From IMG/VR virus record IMGVR_UViG_3300031673_000018: a stretch of DNA of 64,000 nt. One strand, written 5' to 3'. Below, in pieces: positions 27,791-36,655 of the stretch. Within the stretch, counting starts at the first letter, position 1. Every line of letters begins with the position of its first letter. Under the pieces are notes generated by a model. The model searched no databases and was not told where the DNA came from. It was given only the letters and a program-made list of their open reading frames with translations. A program made the translations under genes and the position numbers. This DNA comes from an uncultured virus (IMG/VR IMGVR_UViG_3300031673_000018). Its lineage: Duplodnaviria > Heunggongvirae > Uroviricota > Caudoviricetes.

Positions 27791-28455
27791 CCCTCTACCT
27801 CCCAGTGCGCTTCTCTGTCTCCTTTTCCTTTCGAGCTCCAGCGGGCGCCGATTTTCTTCATGGCATTATCGACAAGTGCGTAATCTGCGTCAAGCCATTT
27901 CTTGGGGCTGATCCACCAGACCCCATTTTTATATTCGACGTCGAGAAGATCCTTCCACGGTTTCGAGAGTTCAAGCTTATCCAGCTCGGTATAGAGACGA
28001 TTACCTTGAGGATCTTCTTGAGTCGGTACAATCGGGGCAGGTGAAGAAATACCTCCACCTACGCCTGTTACTGTTATGTTGACGTCCTGAGAAAACAATT
28101 TATCAAAAATGAATCCAGGCATCCCTTCAACATAGGTTACCATCTGGCCCTCTCTATGGATTAGAAAGACCCCTGTGGGCTGAGGGTCTGCTATCTTCCA
28201 CTCTATCTGCTGTGTCGTGGGAAGCTGCTGCAGCTCCTCATAGCGTTTCTTTTTCGCCATTACTCCTGTGCGTTGGTCGTCTTGAAGTTTCTCGGCCGTG
28301 GAGAAATCGGTGAAGTTCTCCAGCTGCTTCTCCAGTGTTTTAAGTTCCTTCTTCTCTTCTTTAGTGAGATCCCTGAAGAAAACATCTCCATGTTCAACAA
28401 GGACCTGGCTCAGCGGAGTACCATCCCGGTTAATTGTCAATCTAGTGAGGTTCAC
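27787..28455 (-). CDS. Hypothetical protein
   Basis: 222-aa coupled ORF. Confidence 0.6.
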   Translation of the reverse strand: MNLTRLTINRDGTPLSQVLVEHGDVFFRDLTKEEKKELKTLEKQLENFTDFSTAEKLQDDQRTGVMAKKKRYEELQQLPTTQQIEWKIADPQPTGVFLIHREGQMVTYVEGMPGFIFDKLFSQDVNITVTGVGGGISSPAPIVPTQEDPQGNRLYTELDKLELSKPWKDLLDVEYKNGVWWISPKKWLDADYALVDNAMKKIGARWSSKGKGDREAHWEVEG

Positions 28456-28802
28456 GGCACGCCCTCCTCCGGCTGCTCCTGTTTAAGAAGCTTCACGAGC
28501 TTGATATTGGCCTCGACGACGGTTATGCAGGCTTCAAGGATCTCTATGGATTTTGAGATCTCCACAATCTTTGAAAGATAACCCCACTTCCGGGCTTCAT
28601 CGATCCACCCGGGGCCATCCTCTGATGGCCATGACAGAGTTAGGCGAGGAATATCAGGCGATATGTCTCGCCACCACCATCCAAGGTATGGGATTGCCTT
28701 GTTTTCATTGATTAGGTCCTCGCTTTCCATGAGTTCATTCAGTTTCTCAGCAAGCTCTTTGAATCTCTCCGTCTGCCGGCGGTATATGGCTTTGGCGCTC
28801 AT
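28452..28802 (-). CDS. Hypothetical protein
   Basis: Coupled ORF. Confidence 0.6.
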   Translation of the reverse strand: MSAKAIYRRQTERFKELAEKLNELMESEDLINENKAIPYLGWWWRDISPDIPRLTLSWPSEDGPGWIDEARKWGYLSKIVEISKSIEILEACITVVEANIKLVKLLKQEQPEEGVP

Positions 28803-29584
28803 GCCATTCTCTCCTTTTTGAAATGAAGCTTTCCATCGATCATCTTAAAGGGGTATTCCTCGAGCTTTTCATCGCAAAGTCCATCAGAGACATAATCCCC
28901 TAGATTCGGCTTCAGAAACACATATGCACCTGCTTCACGGGCTTTTGCTATGAGGGATCTAACCCACGAATTAGGGGGCCTAAAGCCAGGCACAGCTTTT
29001 AGATGCCTGATGCTAGGCTGCCTCGAGCGGGCTCCGATGATAACCCAGCCTATACCTTCGAGATCCACGATGTTGGCAACGTCCTCGAGTAACGGTTCGA
29101 AGCTGATGACTTTACAATAAGCCTCTGAATCCCTTAATTGTTCGATGCCCCATACCTGGCTGCGTTTTGTGACACTGATCCCGAGTATAACATTTTTAGG
29201 AAAGACTCCTCCAGGTGAATCATAGGCCGCTTTCCAGAGGTTCTTGTACTGCTTGGTGAGGGTGATGAAGATATGATCCGGTTTCCCGCACATTACGCTG
29301 AGGCAGTTTCGCCTCCAGCTACTCTCAACATCATCGTCAAGCCAATCACACATGCTGCCGAAGAACCAGACCGTCGCTTTCCTCCTCTTCGTGATGTTTT
29401 TGAGGCGATGAGGATGCCATGTTGGCCGGAAAGGATCCTCTGCAGGGTAACCGTTTATGCCGGCGAACCTCATAGCGATTCTCTCCGCATAACACCCGAC
29501 ACATCTAACGCCCTCAGGGCCATTACAGCCGGTTATCGAGTTAATGGATTTCTCTGACCATTCGATGTTCTTCTTCTGCTTCAT
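28799..29584 (-). CDS. DUF5131 (phage Gp37/Gp68) radical-SAM-like protein
   Basis: IEW...N.ITGC..C.GCYA, SMCDW, LTK, SFEPLL, WVIIGA. Confidence 0.9.
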   Translation of the reverse strand: MKQKKNIEWSEKSINSITGCNGPEGVRCVGCYAERIAMRFAGINGYPAEDPFRPTWHPHRLKNITKRRKATVWFFGSMCDWLDDDVESSWRRNCLSVMCGKPDHIFITLTKQYKNLWKAAYDSPGGVFPKNVILGISVTKRSQVWGIEQLRDSEAYCKVISFEPLLEDVANIVDLEGIGWVIIGARSRQPSIRHLKAVPGFRPPNSWVRSLIAKAREAGAYVFLKPNLGDYVSDGLCDEKLEEYPFKMIDGKLHFKKERMA

Positions 29585-29829
29585 ATAGTCCCTCCAGCCC
29601 TCACTAGCTCAGTGTCCAGAGTTTCTTGTGCCCATTCTACGATTGCCGCGGATGCGGCGATGTAACACCAGTCTTTGTTTCTCAGGTTGGCACACCGGGG
29701 ATAATCTTTACAGTCTAAACATATTTTAACTGCTCTTTTATCCATCTCCTCTTTAGGCATATTATGTTCTTTAGCCCAATCGTTTAGTTCCTTGAAACTC
29801 TCTAATTCAACTGTCTTTGTTGCAACCAT
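29581..29829 (-). CDS. Hypothetical protein
   Basis: Coupled ORF. Confidence 0.55.
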   Translation of the reverse strand: MVATKTVELESFKELNDWAKEHNMPKEEMDKRAVKICLDCKDYPRCANLRNKDWCYIAASAAIVEWAQETLDTELVRAGGTI

Positions 29830-29830
29830 T

Positions 29831-30187
29831 TTACATCACTTCCCCTACTTCCATATGGAGTATAGTGTGATCTTTGTTATTTTTTAGTTCGAGAACACTT
29901 CCTGATCCTAACCCAATAATGTATGCAGGATCTGGTCTACCGTGTTCTTTAGCCTTAGTTTCGTCATTCCAGATGAGCAATTTTACTGGAGGCTCATCGT
30001 CGGAAAAGGTCTCCAGTGTTTTCTTAGTTTGCTTTGAGCTATCGTAAGCTATTTTCCACATAAATATATGTTCGGCAACTTTTAAATCGGGATCATCTTC
30101 GTAGTTAGCCAATACTATACATAAATCGCCAATATCTTTTACCGTTTTAAGTTCTTCTAAAAACACATCATAATAGTACTCACTCAC
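29831..30187 (-). CDS. Hypothetical protein
   Basis: ORF with GGAG RBS. Confidence 0.55.
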   Translation of the reverse strand: MSEYYYDVFLEELKTVKDIGDLCIVLANYEDDPDLKVAEHIFMWKIAYDSSKQTKKTLETFSDDEPPVKLLIWNDETKAKEHGRPDPAYIIGLGSGSVLELKNNKDHTILHMEVGEVM

Positions 30188-30257
30188 TTTTCTTCCTCCC
30201 CCAAGGATTCTGCAACAAAATAGTCAATCCCCTTTCTTGATGCCGTTTTGAGAACCG

Positions 30258-30515
30258 TCACTTCCTATTCCTCCCGTAGATTGGCTGGCGCTGGCCATCA
30301 ACTTTCTCGACTATCAACCACGGCTCTTTTTGCTTACTCTGGATATGCTCTATTAAATCCAGATGCCTCTTAGTGGTAGTCCAGTCCAGCCCAGCCTTCT
30401 CAGCCAGGCGGGCTACATTGATTTTGCTCTGCACTGGCAAAATATCGTAAATCAGGTCGATTATTTCGGTGGTGGTGCGCCTCAAGGGTGGATTCTTCTT
30501 ATTATTCGATTCCAT
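30258..30515 (-). CDS. Winged-helix DNA-binding protein
   Basis: INVARLAEKAGLDWTTTKRHL helix-turn-helix. Confidence 0.75.
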   Translation of the reverse strand: MESNNKKNPPLRRTTTEIIDLIYDILPVQSKINVARLAEKAGLDWTTTKRHLDLIEHIQSKQKEPWLIVEKVDGQRQPIYGRNRK

Positions 30516-30689
30516 TTTGATTAGAAAGTAATACCTTATGTGGATATATTAATGAAATGGTGCAGCCACTATAACAGAATCGCTTGTTAAAGATAGAGAA
30601 CTGATGATAAATGGGTTAGATTAACTGCCATGGAGTATCATGCATCATTTTATGGCTTTTTACAGCCTCTTTGCGTTAAAGAAACGAAT

Positions 30690-31070
30690 CTAGGGTTTGT
30701 TTGGTATATAAAGGCTGGGGGGTGGATTTTTACTTATATCTGTATCTTCGGTCAGATATTCCTTGATTTTATTTTCGACGTTCCGCTCCCTTTTGATTCT
30801 CCCCGCCTCTCTTTCAGCCGGAGTATACGCCACTCCACAATTCCAGCACCCGAGGGCTCCAGAGATAGCGGCTATTTCATGGTTGAGGCAATCAATTTTT
30901 TTGGGTTTAAGCGCTTTCTCCGGGTCGCAGGGGGGAAGCCCGCCTTTTTTGATTTTATAATTTTTCACCTCGACGCGTTTACCCTGCTCATCGTAGAGGG
31001 ATCCGAGGGAGCAGTTACGGCACGTTGAAAACCCTTTCCGGGGTTTGTCCTTTTCCCAGCTATGCCTCAT
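30690..31070 (-). CDS. Hypothetical Zn-binding protein
   Basis: H.W..CRNC and CWNC motifs; coupled to the AbrB gene. Confidence 0.55.
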   Translation of the reverse strand: MRHSWEKDKPRKGFSTCRNCSLGSLYDEQGKRVEVKNYKIKKGGLPPCDPEKALKPKKIDCLNHEIAAISGALGCWNCGVAYTPAEREAGRIKRERNVENKIKEYLTEDTDISKNPPPSLYIPNKP

Positions 31071-31366
31071 CTTGTCACTGACTCATCCATGGCCTGTAGA
31101 GCTGCTAAGAAGGCGTCGGATACCCCCGTCATGGCGTTGATCTTCTCTTTGAGTCCTTCGACTGTAGGCCCTTTTTCCAGTAGATCTACACACGCTTCCT
31201 CTATGGCTGAAAACTCTTTGTCTTCAGGCACGATGATGAGGGCGCCCCCCATTTTATAGATTGCAGTAATGTGTTCCGTGGTCTCGTTTATGCCGTGACT
31301 TTCTCTCCATTCCTTGGGCAACGTTATGAGCCCTTTGGTCCCGATGATACTTCGAGATTCTCTCAT
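31067..31366 (-). CDS. AbrB/MazE/SpoVT-fold DNA-binding protein
   Basis: KGLITLPKEWRESHGI...ALIIVP. Confidence 0.8.
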   Translation of the reverse strand: MRESRSIIGTKGLITLPKEWRESHGINETTEHITAIYKMGGALIIVPEDKEFSAIEEACVDLLEKGPTVEGLKEKINAMTGVSDAFLAALQAMDESVTR

Positions 31367-31451
31367 ACCCTAATAGAACACAGTTCGGTATATTAATTCT
31401 ATCCTCAAGTGTATACCTAAACTTATCTTATGCGAGCAACTTCCACTACTT

Positions 31452-32006
31452 ATGGTCGACGTCGAAGATCAGAAATCCCTAATACCGCTTGATGATCAAC
31501 AATTCCCCGTTGAACCAGGGCTACGGCACCTGATGCCCAAGGATATCAAGAAAGAAGTCAGAAAAGAATGGCACTGGTTCCTATGGCTTCGGCAGATGAC
31601 CTACAAAGAAATGGAAGCTATTACGGGATTCGAGCGCACCACCATCTGGAAGGATCTGACAGAGGTTCAGGAAGAATTAGCACGCAACCCCCTCGATCAC
31701 CAGAAGACCCTCCAGCTCGCCATGATACAACTGAGATTTAACCATGCTGAAGTGATTCAGCGGGCCCGAGACTCTGAATCAGACAAGAATGCAGCTGAAC
31801 TCTATAAGATAGCGGCCCAGATACAGATCAAGATCCTAGAGCGATTCACACAGCCCATCCATGTCGGTGAACAAACTATCCGCGGTGAACAAGATCACGC
31901 TCAGGCCATCATTGATTTCATGATAGAGAAATATGGTCCGGAATCCCTAGATGCATTCGAGATCTGGTATTCTAAAAAACGGGTTGCCAAAGCGACAATG
32001 GGGTAG
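31452..32006 (+). CDS. HTH-containing helical protein (regulator or terminase small subunit-like)
   Basis: MTYKEMEAITGFERTTIWKDL HTH; only convincing plus-strand gene in the right arm. Confidence 0.55.
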   Translation: MVDVEDQKSLIPLDDQQFPVEPGLRHLMPKDIKKEVRKEWHWFLWLRQMTYKEMEAITGFERTTIWKDLTEVQEELARNPLDHQKTLQLAMIQLRFNHAEVIQRARDSESDKNAAELYKIAAQIQIKILERFTQPIHVGEQTIRGEQDHAQAIIDFMIEKYGPESLDAFEIWYSKKRVAKATMG

Positions 32007-32457
32007 CGATCTCGCCGGGGACAGCCATTACATCTGTTCCATGTTTCTCATAATACAGGTAGAATTCCATGGCATCGATCTTGTAGCAATTACCGTCTTC
32101 AAACATGGAGGCGATCTTAGCGTTCTGCAGGGCTGCCCAGTGAGTTAGCTTGAGGTTATTCATGACGCCATAGCCTTTCTCCTTGACGTCAGGGAAATGC
32201 TTGCTGAACATGAAGTAATACTGGCGTTTGAAGACCAGGAGTATCTTTTCATCTGATCTTTCATCTTTGTAATATCTGCCGATCCTGGCCCCCTCGAAGC
32301 TGACGTCTTGCAGAATCTTGATTCGGGAACCCATTTTAGTCTCAAAGACCTGGATGGCTTGCGCTAAGCTCCGCACCCTTATTGAGGCGTTTCTTATAGG
32401 TGTCATTTTTGACTCCTTCTCCGCAATGGAACTGTTTCCGAACAGTCTCTGTTGCAT
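31972..32457 (-). CDS. Hypothetical protein
   Basis: 161-aa ORF. Confidence 0.6.
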   Translation of the reverse strand: MQQRLFGNSSIAEKESKMTPIRNASIRVRSLAQAIQVFETKMGSRIKILQDVSFEGARIGRYYKDERSDEKILLVFKRQYYFMFSKHFPDVKEKGYGVMNNLKLTHWAALQNAKIASMFEDGNCYKIDAMEFYLYYEKHGTDVMAVPGEIATPLSLWQPVF

Positions 32458-32563
32458 TTTTCTAATTAATCTACATCATTCGGTTCTTAAATAATATTAT
32501 GTTTTTTGGATTGTCACAGTTATTTTGGATGATTCTAATACTTAGAGTCTTATGGATTGGCAT

Positions 32564-33259
32564 TTATAGCCAAATCTGTGTATCATCAGGTGTTTCAGGC
32601 TTTGGTTTCACAAATCCTGGGAGCCAATCAGGTAATCCTTCGGGGTACATTTCTCTGAGATCTCCGATGGTGAAACCCAAGACGCCGGCAGATACCATGT
32701 AATCAGGTACAACCATGTCAAGCCCCGCCCTTATTGCAGTATGCAGCTGGTTATGGAATCTACCTGTCTGTTCTCCATCCTCATTATAGGTCGCATATTT
32801 GTAAAAGTAGTCATCAAAATGATCAGAGAAGCAATAATCTAATTCCCGTATTTCATGATCCCATCCAGCAATATCATATTTGAGAATGTCATCTGGATCG
32901 AAATCATTGATGAATTCCTTCACTTCCTCAAGTATTTTTGATCCCCGTGTCTCTGTGCATTCCATCTGTTTGATGAGTCTTGTGCTGAAGTCAAGCCACC
33001 TTTCATAAACTGTCTTGAATGGCTGATAGTCCTCAGGCTTCGTGTAGTAGAATCCTATAGGTACTCCCAGTTCGATTTTTGATAGCCAGTGTTCATCGAA
33101 ACCCCCTCCCATCTTACGCCGTCCGCAGCATCGCTGGGCTTCGGTCTGTTTCTTGTAGACTCGATGGCAGATCGGGCATCCCCACTCAAATTCTTTGGGC
33201 ATTCTAGGTGAAAACTGTGTATACCATTCCAGTACAACCCTTTTCGCTAAAGGCGCCAT
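32564..33259 (-). CDS. Hypothetical protein with N-terminal Zn finger
   Basis: CPIC...CC motif. Confidence 0.6.
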   Translation of the reverse strand: MAPLAKRVVLEWYTQFSPRMPKEFEWGCPICHRVYKKQTEAQRCCGRRKMGGGFDEHWLSKIELGVPIGFYYTKPEDYQPFKTVYERWLDFSTRLIKQMECTETRGSKILEEVKEFINDFDPDDILKYDIAGWDHEIRELDYCFSDHFDDYFYKYATYNEDGEQTGRFHNQLHTAIRAGLDMVVPDYMVSAGVLGFTIGDLREMYPEGLPDWLPGFVKPKPETPDDTQIWL

Positions 33260-33307
33260 ATTTTTTCACTCCATCTTTTTCCTCTGGAAAATAATCGAAA
33301 TAATGGA

Positions 33308-33733
33308 TTAAGCCTTAGTTACCATCAGTACAGTGTGTTCGACGAGCAGAGGTCTCGATATCGGGTCCTCGGTGAGTACAGCTGATGTAGAGATATTTAA
33401 TGGGAAGTACCCCTCTTCCATGAGCCTCAAGACGTCGCTTAACGCTTGTTCTCTGGATCCTGTTACTATGGCTGCTCGAGGCGCGTCCTCGATCTTGAGT
33501 TCCTTCATGATCCATTGATAATGGTTTGGATCTCCTACTCGGTCATTTTCGAAGAGGTAGTCCTTGGCCGAGATGCTGAGGCCTTCGTCTCTTATTTTCC
33601 TGAAATACTCAATAGACATGCCGTAATCATGGAGGCAGCCTTCGATATACTTGAAGGCCTTCATGATGTCGTGATACAGCATGATATCTTCGGCGAGGCC
33701 GCCGATCACGCCTATGCATACCCAGAGTCCCAT
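33308..33733 (-). CDS. Hypothetical protein
   Basis: Directly downstream of PCNA. Confidence 0.55.
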   Translation of the reverse strand: MGLWVCIGVIGGLAEDIMLYHDIMKAFKYIEGCLHDYGMSIEYFRKIRDEGLSISAKDYLFENDRVGDPNHYQWIMKELKIEDAPRAAIVTGSREQALSDVLRLMEEGYFPLNISTSAVLTEDPISRPLLVEHTVLMVTKA

Positions 33734-33736
33734 GTT

Positions 33737-34513
33737 TTACACTCCTATGCAGGGGGCTAGATAGATGTCACATGTTATCCTTGAATTGCCGTTGAGCGAT
33801 ATTTTCATCGGCATATCTGAGGACAGCTCTATGGTGACTTGTTTGGTTAATGGCTTGACTGCATTCACGAAGCCGGCGAGCCATGAAGTGGTATATGTAG
33901 CCTGGGATTCTTCTGAATCACTGATCTCGAATTTGTCGAAGGTGTTTACCTCGAGGAAGCTCTCACCCATGTCTCCTTTTGCCTCAAATGTCAGTTTATT
34001 GTCTTCGCCTTCTTTGAAGATTTTAAGCGCAATATGCTCCGAAACCATCACGGCGTCCTTGATAGCCTGATCTATGTCGTCTAACCCAAACTTGGCTAAG
34101 CAATGGAACACTATTTTTGGCTTAGGCACTTCCTCGTCAAGTGGCTCGAGAAGGGATAGTTTTAGAAGTCGTTTTCTCTGTGTATCCGGGTTTCTGACAT
34201 CAAGTAATACTTTCATCATCTTTGCGTCATGCTGTATAGAGACGCGCTCCTCTTTGGGGTCTACTGTATCTAGGCGTTTCCTGAGTTCGTTTATGTTGAA
34301 GGAGAGCAGCAAGTCCTCTTCGACGTCGTATTCGCCGAAGGCGCTTTTATCCACCTTCATGTCGATCATAGCAACGTGGCTGTTGTCCATAGCTATCGCT
34401 GTTATATTTTCCTTGGTTATGCTCAGCGACATCTCTTCGTTGACGGCACCGAGTAGTTTCAGAACATCTCCTAGGAATTTGACTTCCTTTGGTTCCGTTA
34501 GTCCTATTCTCAT
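33737..34513 (-). CDS. pcn: PCNA sliding clamp
   Basis: AMDNSHVAMID, F.EY.V, DMPMKI..IYLAP motifs; 258 aa. Confidence 0.95.
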   Translation of the reverse strand: MRIGLTEPKEVKFLGDVLKLLGAVNEEMSLSITKENITAIAMDNSHVAMIDMKVDKSAFGEYDVEEDLLLSFNINELRKRLDTVDPKEERVSIQHDAKMMKVLLDVRNPDTQRKRLLKLSLLEPLDEEVPKPKIVFHCLAKFGLDDIDQAIKDAVMVSEHIALKIFKEGEDNKLTFEAKGDMGESFLEVNTFDKFEISDSEESQATYTTSWLAGFVNAVKPLTKQVTIELSSDMPMKISLNGNSRITCDIYLAPCIGV

Positions 34514-34538
34514 TTTATTTCCCTTTCTACAGGTCTGT

Positions 34539-34582
34539 CACCTGTTCGCATTTTTAGGCCAGGTTTACGGATTTGAACCGCA
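34539..34582 (-). ncRNA. Two-hairpin leader element, copy A (upstream of PCNA)
   Basis: UGCGG-UUCAAAU-CCGUA + AACCUG-GCCUAAAAAUGCGAA-CAGGUG. Confidence 0.8.
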
Positions 34583-34602
34583 TGACAGTCTCGAAATAGA
34601 GG

Positions 34603-34621
34603 CCCCCGAGGAAACTCGGGG
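34603..34621 (-). terminator. GC-rich hairpin immediately after the MCM stop
   Basis: CCCCGAG-GAAA-CTCGGGG on the plus strand; function inferred from position. Confidence 0.5.
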
Positions 34622-36454
34622 TTATCTGATTACTACTTGTGCCTTGGCGTCTCTTTTACCTTTCTGGATTATCCTGCCACTGTCTCTTAGGTTGTTCCAT
34701 TCTTCGTAGAATGTGCTTTCGCCGCATAGCGCTATGTCGTTTACTATGTAATGCTTGATGCTAAGCCTGGTTACCCATCCGTCCTCGCTATCGTTGCTCA
34801 TGTTATGTATGAACAACACGATTTCATCTCCGATAGTTTTCAGGTTTCTGTTTGCCCGTGGACCATATAGTTGCACCCTGAATTGTAGAAGATTTTCCCA
34901 TAGACTTATCGCCTTGCATACATCTTCGTCGTTAGCCCAGAGTGTTTTGTTGGCTCCGTCAAACTTTCTATTCGAAAAGTTGACGCAGGCTATTGTGTTC
35001 ACGAACCTCGCCAGCCCTTCCGCGTCCCTTAAGAGAACCATGGGTCTATTCTGCAAGATTCGGCGGCGTATGTCTATCTGATTGTGTAGCTTAAAGATGT
35101 CTTTGAGTCTTTTCTCTTGTTCTTTTGTCATCATGACGCGCTTTATCAGTTTCATGCCTTCAGCAAGGGTGTCCAATTCGTTTTTAATTTTCGTGAAGTC
35201 GATCTGGTCCTCAAGTTCTCCTGTCATTAAATGCATTTTGTCTATAAGTATCTCGTTTTTCACTTGTGTGGCAGTCAATGGTATGAGGCAATCGAATCTT
35301 GTTAGTATCCCTTCCTTGAATTTTAGCTGGCTTCTGAAACTCGTTTCCTCGAGGAAGAAATCTGCCTCTGGATTGCATGCCGTCAGCAGTTGCGTGTTGA
35401 CATCAATGCTTTTCCTATCTCCGCCTTTATGTGTCTCTATGTATTCGCAGTCCATGATCCGCCTGAATAGTGGCATCTTTGCAAATTGTGGATTAAATTC
35501 CTCGACTATAATGCTGCCATTCATGGCTTGATCTAGTATTCCTTCTTGTATTCCTTTACCTATCTTGAAGACGCCCTCGAGGGCGGGTTTGGTCATATCA
35601 TCGACTATAACCATCTTGGGTGCAATTAGTTTGCATATTTTATGTACCTTGGATTTTGCTGTACTTATGTCTCCAGCCAGCATAATGTGTATGCATGCTC
35701 GGTAGTCAAGGTTATTTACAAGCATTCGAGGCGCGTTAGGGCTCATCAAACCATATAAGACCAGTTCCCAAACAGCTTCTCCAACGATCACAATTCTGTT
35801 TAGTTGCTTAGCCAATTTCTCTATGTCTGTCTTCTTTGCTGCCTCGATTCGTTTAAGCTGTTTATCGAAGTCTCCAATGTTGGAATTTATATGTTCTCGA
35901 ATTTCCTGCACTTTACGGTTATGTTGTTGTTGCTCATACTCATTGAGTTCATTTAATGAGGGCTCGGTTCTGAATGGTGTGGCTAATCCCGGGTATTTTT
36001 CGTTTATTATATCCGCGATTTTTTCGATGTATTCTGGTTCCTCGATACATTTTTGGGCTATTCTTGATAGCTGTGTACTGAATTCCTCATTTGTCCCCCA
36101 TCCGGGTTCTTCTTTTACATGGACTCCTCGGGCTATAGTGTTGAAGAAGCCAAATAATTTGTATGTCTGAGAGTATTCCTTGATGTCATTATTTACATAC
36201 CAGTCGGCGAACATATCTTCGCCAGGTTCCTTTACGATTGAGCCGCTTTCTGTAAACTGAACTTCCTTGAAGCTATCAAGCAGTTCATAATACCAGCTTT
36301 GTAAGTATTCTTGTATTTGTGATTTAGGTTTAGCCGCTATAGCTTTGATTTCCTTTGTAGTGTACTCTTTTGGTTTTTCTATTCCTTCTTTGGCCAACGC
36401 CTCTATCCAGAGGGCGTCGACGCCTGCATTTTCCGGTATATCTTTCTTTGCCAT
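34622..36454 (-). CDS. mcm: MCM-family helicase (divergent)
   Basis: IHIMLAGDISTAKS Walker A, GIL..A.NG.IIVEEF Walker B, LLTACNP sensor 1, ILTRFD arginine finger. Confidence 0.8.
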   Translation of the reverse strand: MAKKDIPENAGVDALWIEALAKEGIEKPKEYTTKEIKAIAAKPKSQIQEYLQSWYYELLDSFKEVQFTESGSIVKEPGEDMFADWYVNNDIKEYSQTYKLFGFFNTIARGVHVKEEPGWGTNEEFSTQLSRIAQKCIEEPEYIEKIADIINEKYPGLATPFRTEPSLNELNEYEQQQHNRKVQEIREHINSNIGDFDKQLKRIEAAKKTDIEKLAKQLNRIVIVGEAVWELVLYGLMSPNAPRMLVNNLDYRACIHIMLAGDISTAKSKVHKICKLIAPKMVIVDDMTKPALEGVFKIGKGIQEGILDQAMNGSIIVEEFNPQFAKMPLFRRIMDCEYIETHKGGDRKSIDVNTQLLTACNPEADFFLEETSFRSQLKFKEGILTRFDCLIPLTATQVKNEILIDKMHLMTGELEDQIDFTKIKNELDTLAEGMKLIKRVMMTKEQEKRLKDIFKLHNQIDIRRRILQNRPMVLLRDAEGLARFVNTIACVNFSNRKFDGANKTLWANDEDVCKAISLWENLLQFRVQLYGPRANRNLKTIGDEIVLFIHNMSNDSEDGWVTRLSIKHYIVNDIALCGESTFYEEWNNLRDSGRIIQKGKRDAKAQVVIR

Positions 36455-36456
36455 TT

Positions 36457-36496
36457 CTCACCGTCGCATTTTCGGCGAGCTCGGAGTTGCACCGAG
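36457..36496 (-). ncRNA. Two-hairpin leader element, copy B (upstream of MCM)
   Basis: CUCGG-UGCAACU-CCGAG + CUCGCCG-AAAAUGCGA-CGGUGAG, then AA-AUG. Confidence 0.8.
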
Positions 36497-36655
36497 TTAT
36501 ACCAGGGTTGACCAATGGGTTTGGGAGAACACCTCAAAAGATTTAATCAGTTGGGCGTCCGAACTTAATCGGTTCTCTTCCCCCCATGGTCAGTAAATAC
36601 TCATGTATATACCTCTATTTAACCTTGTTTCGGACATTCTATTTCAGATACACTC

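Noticed and set aside
11497..32519. GTCACAG in four intergenic promoter regions (11497, 20400, 22672, 32513)
   Set aside because: A 7-mer with inconsistent position relative to TATA boxes, also present in coding DNA; cannot be separated from chance by eye
34560..34590. tRNA gene suggested by GGTTCAAATCC
   Set aside because: No D-arm, anticodon arm or upstream acceptor strand; it is P1 of the element. I found no canonical tRNA in the window
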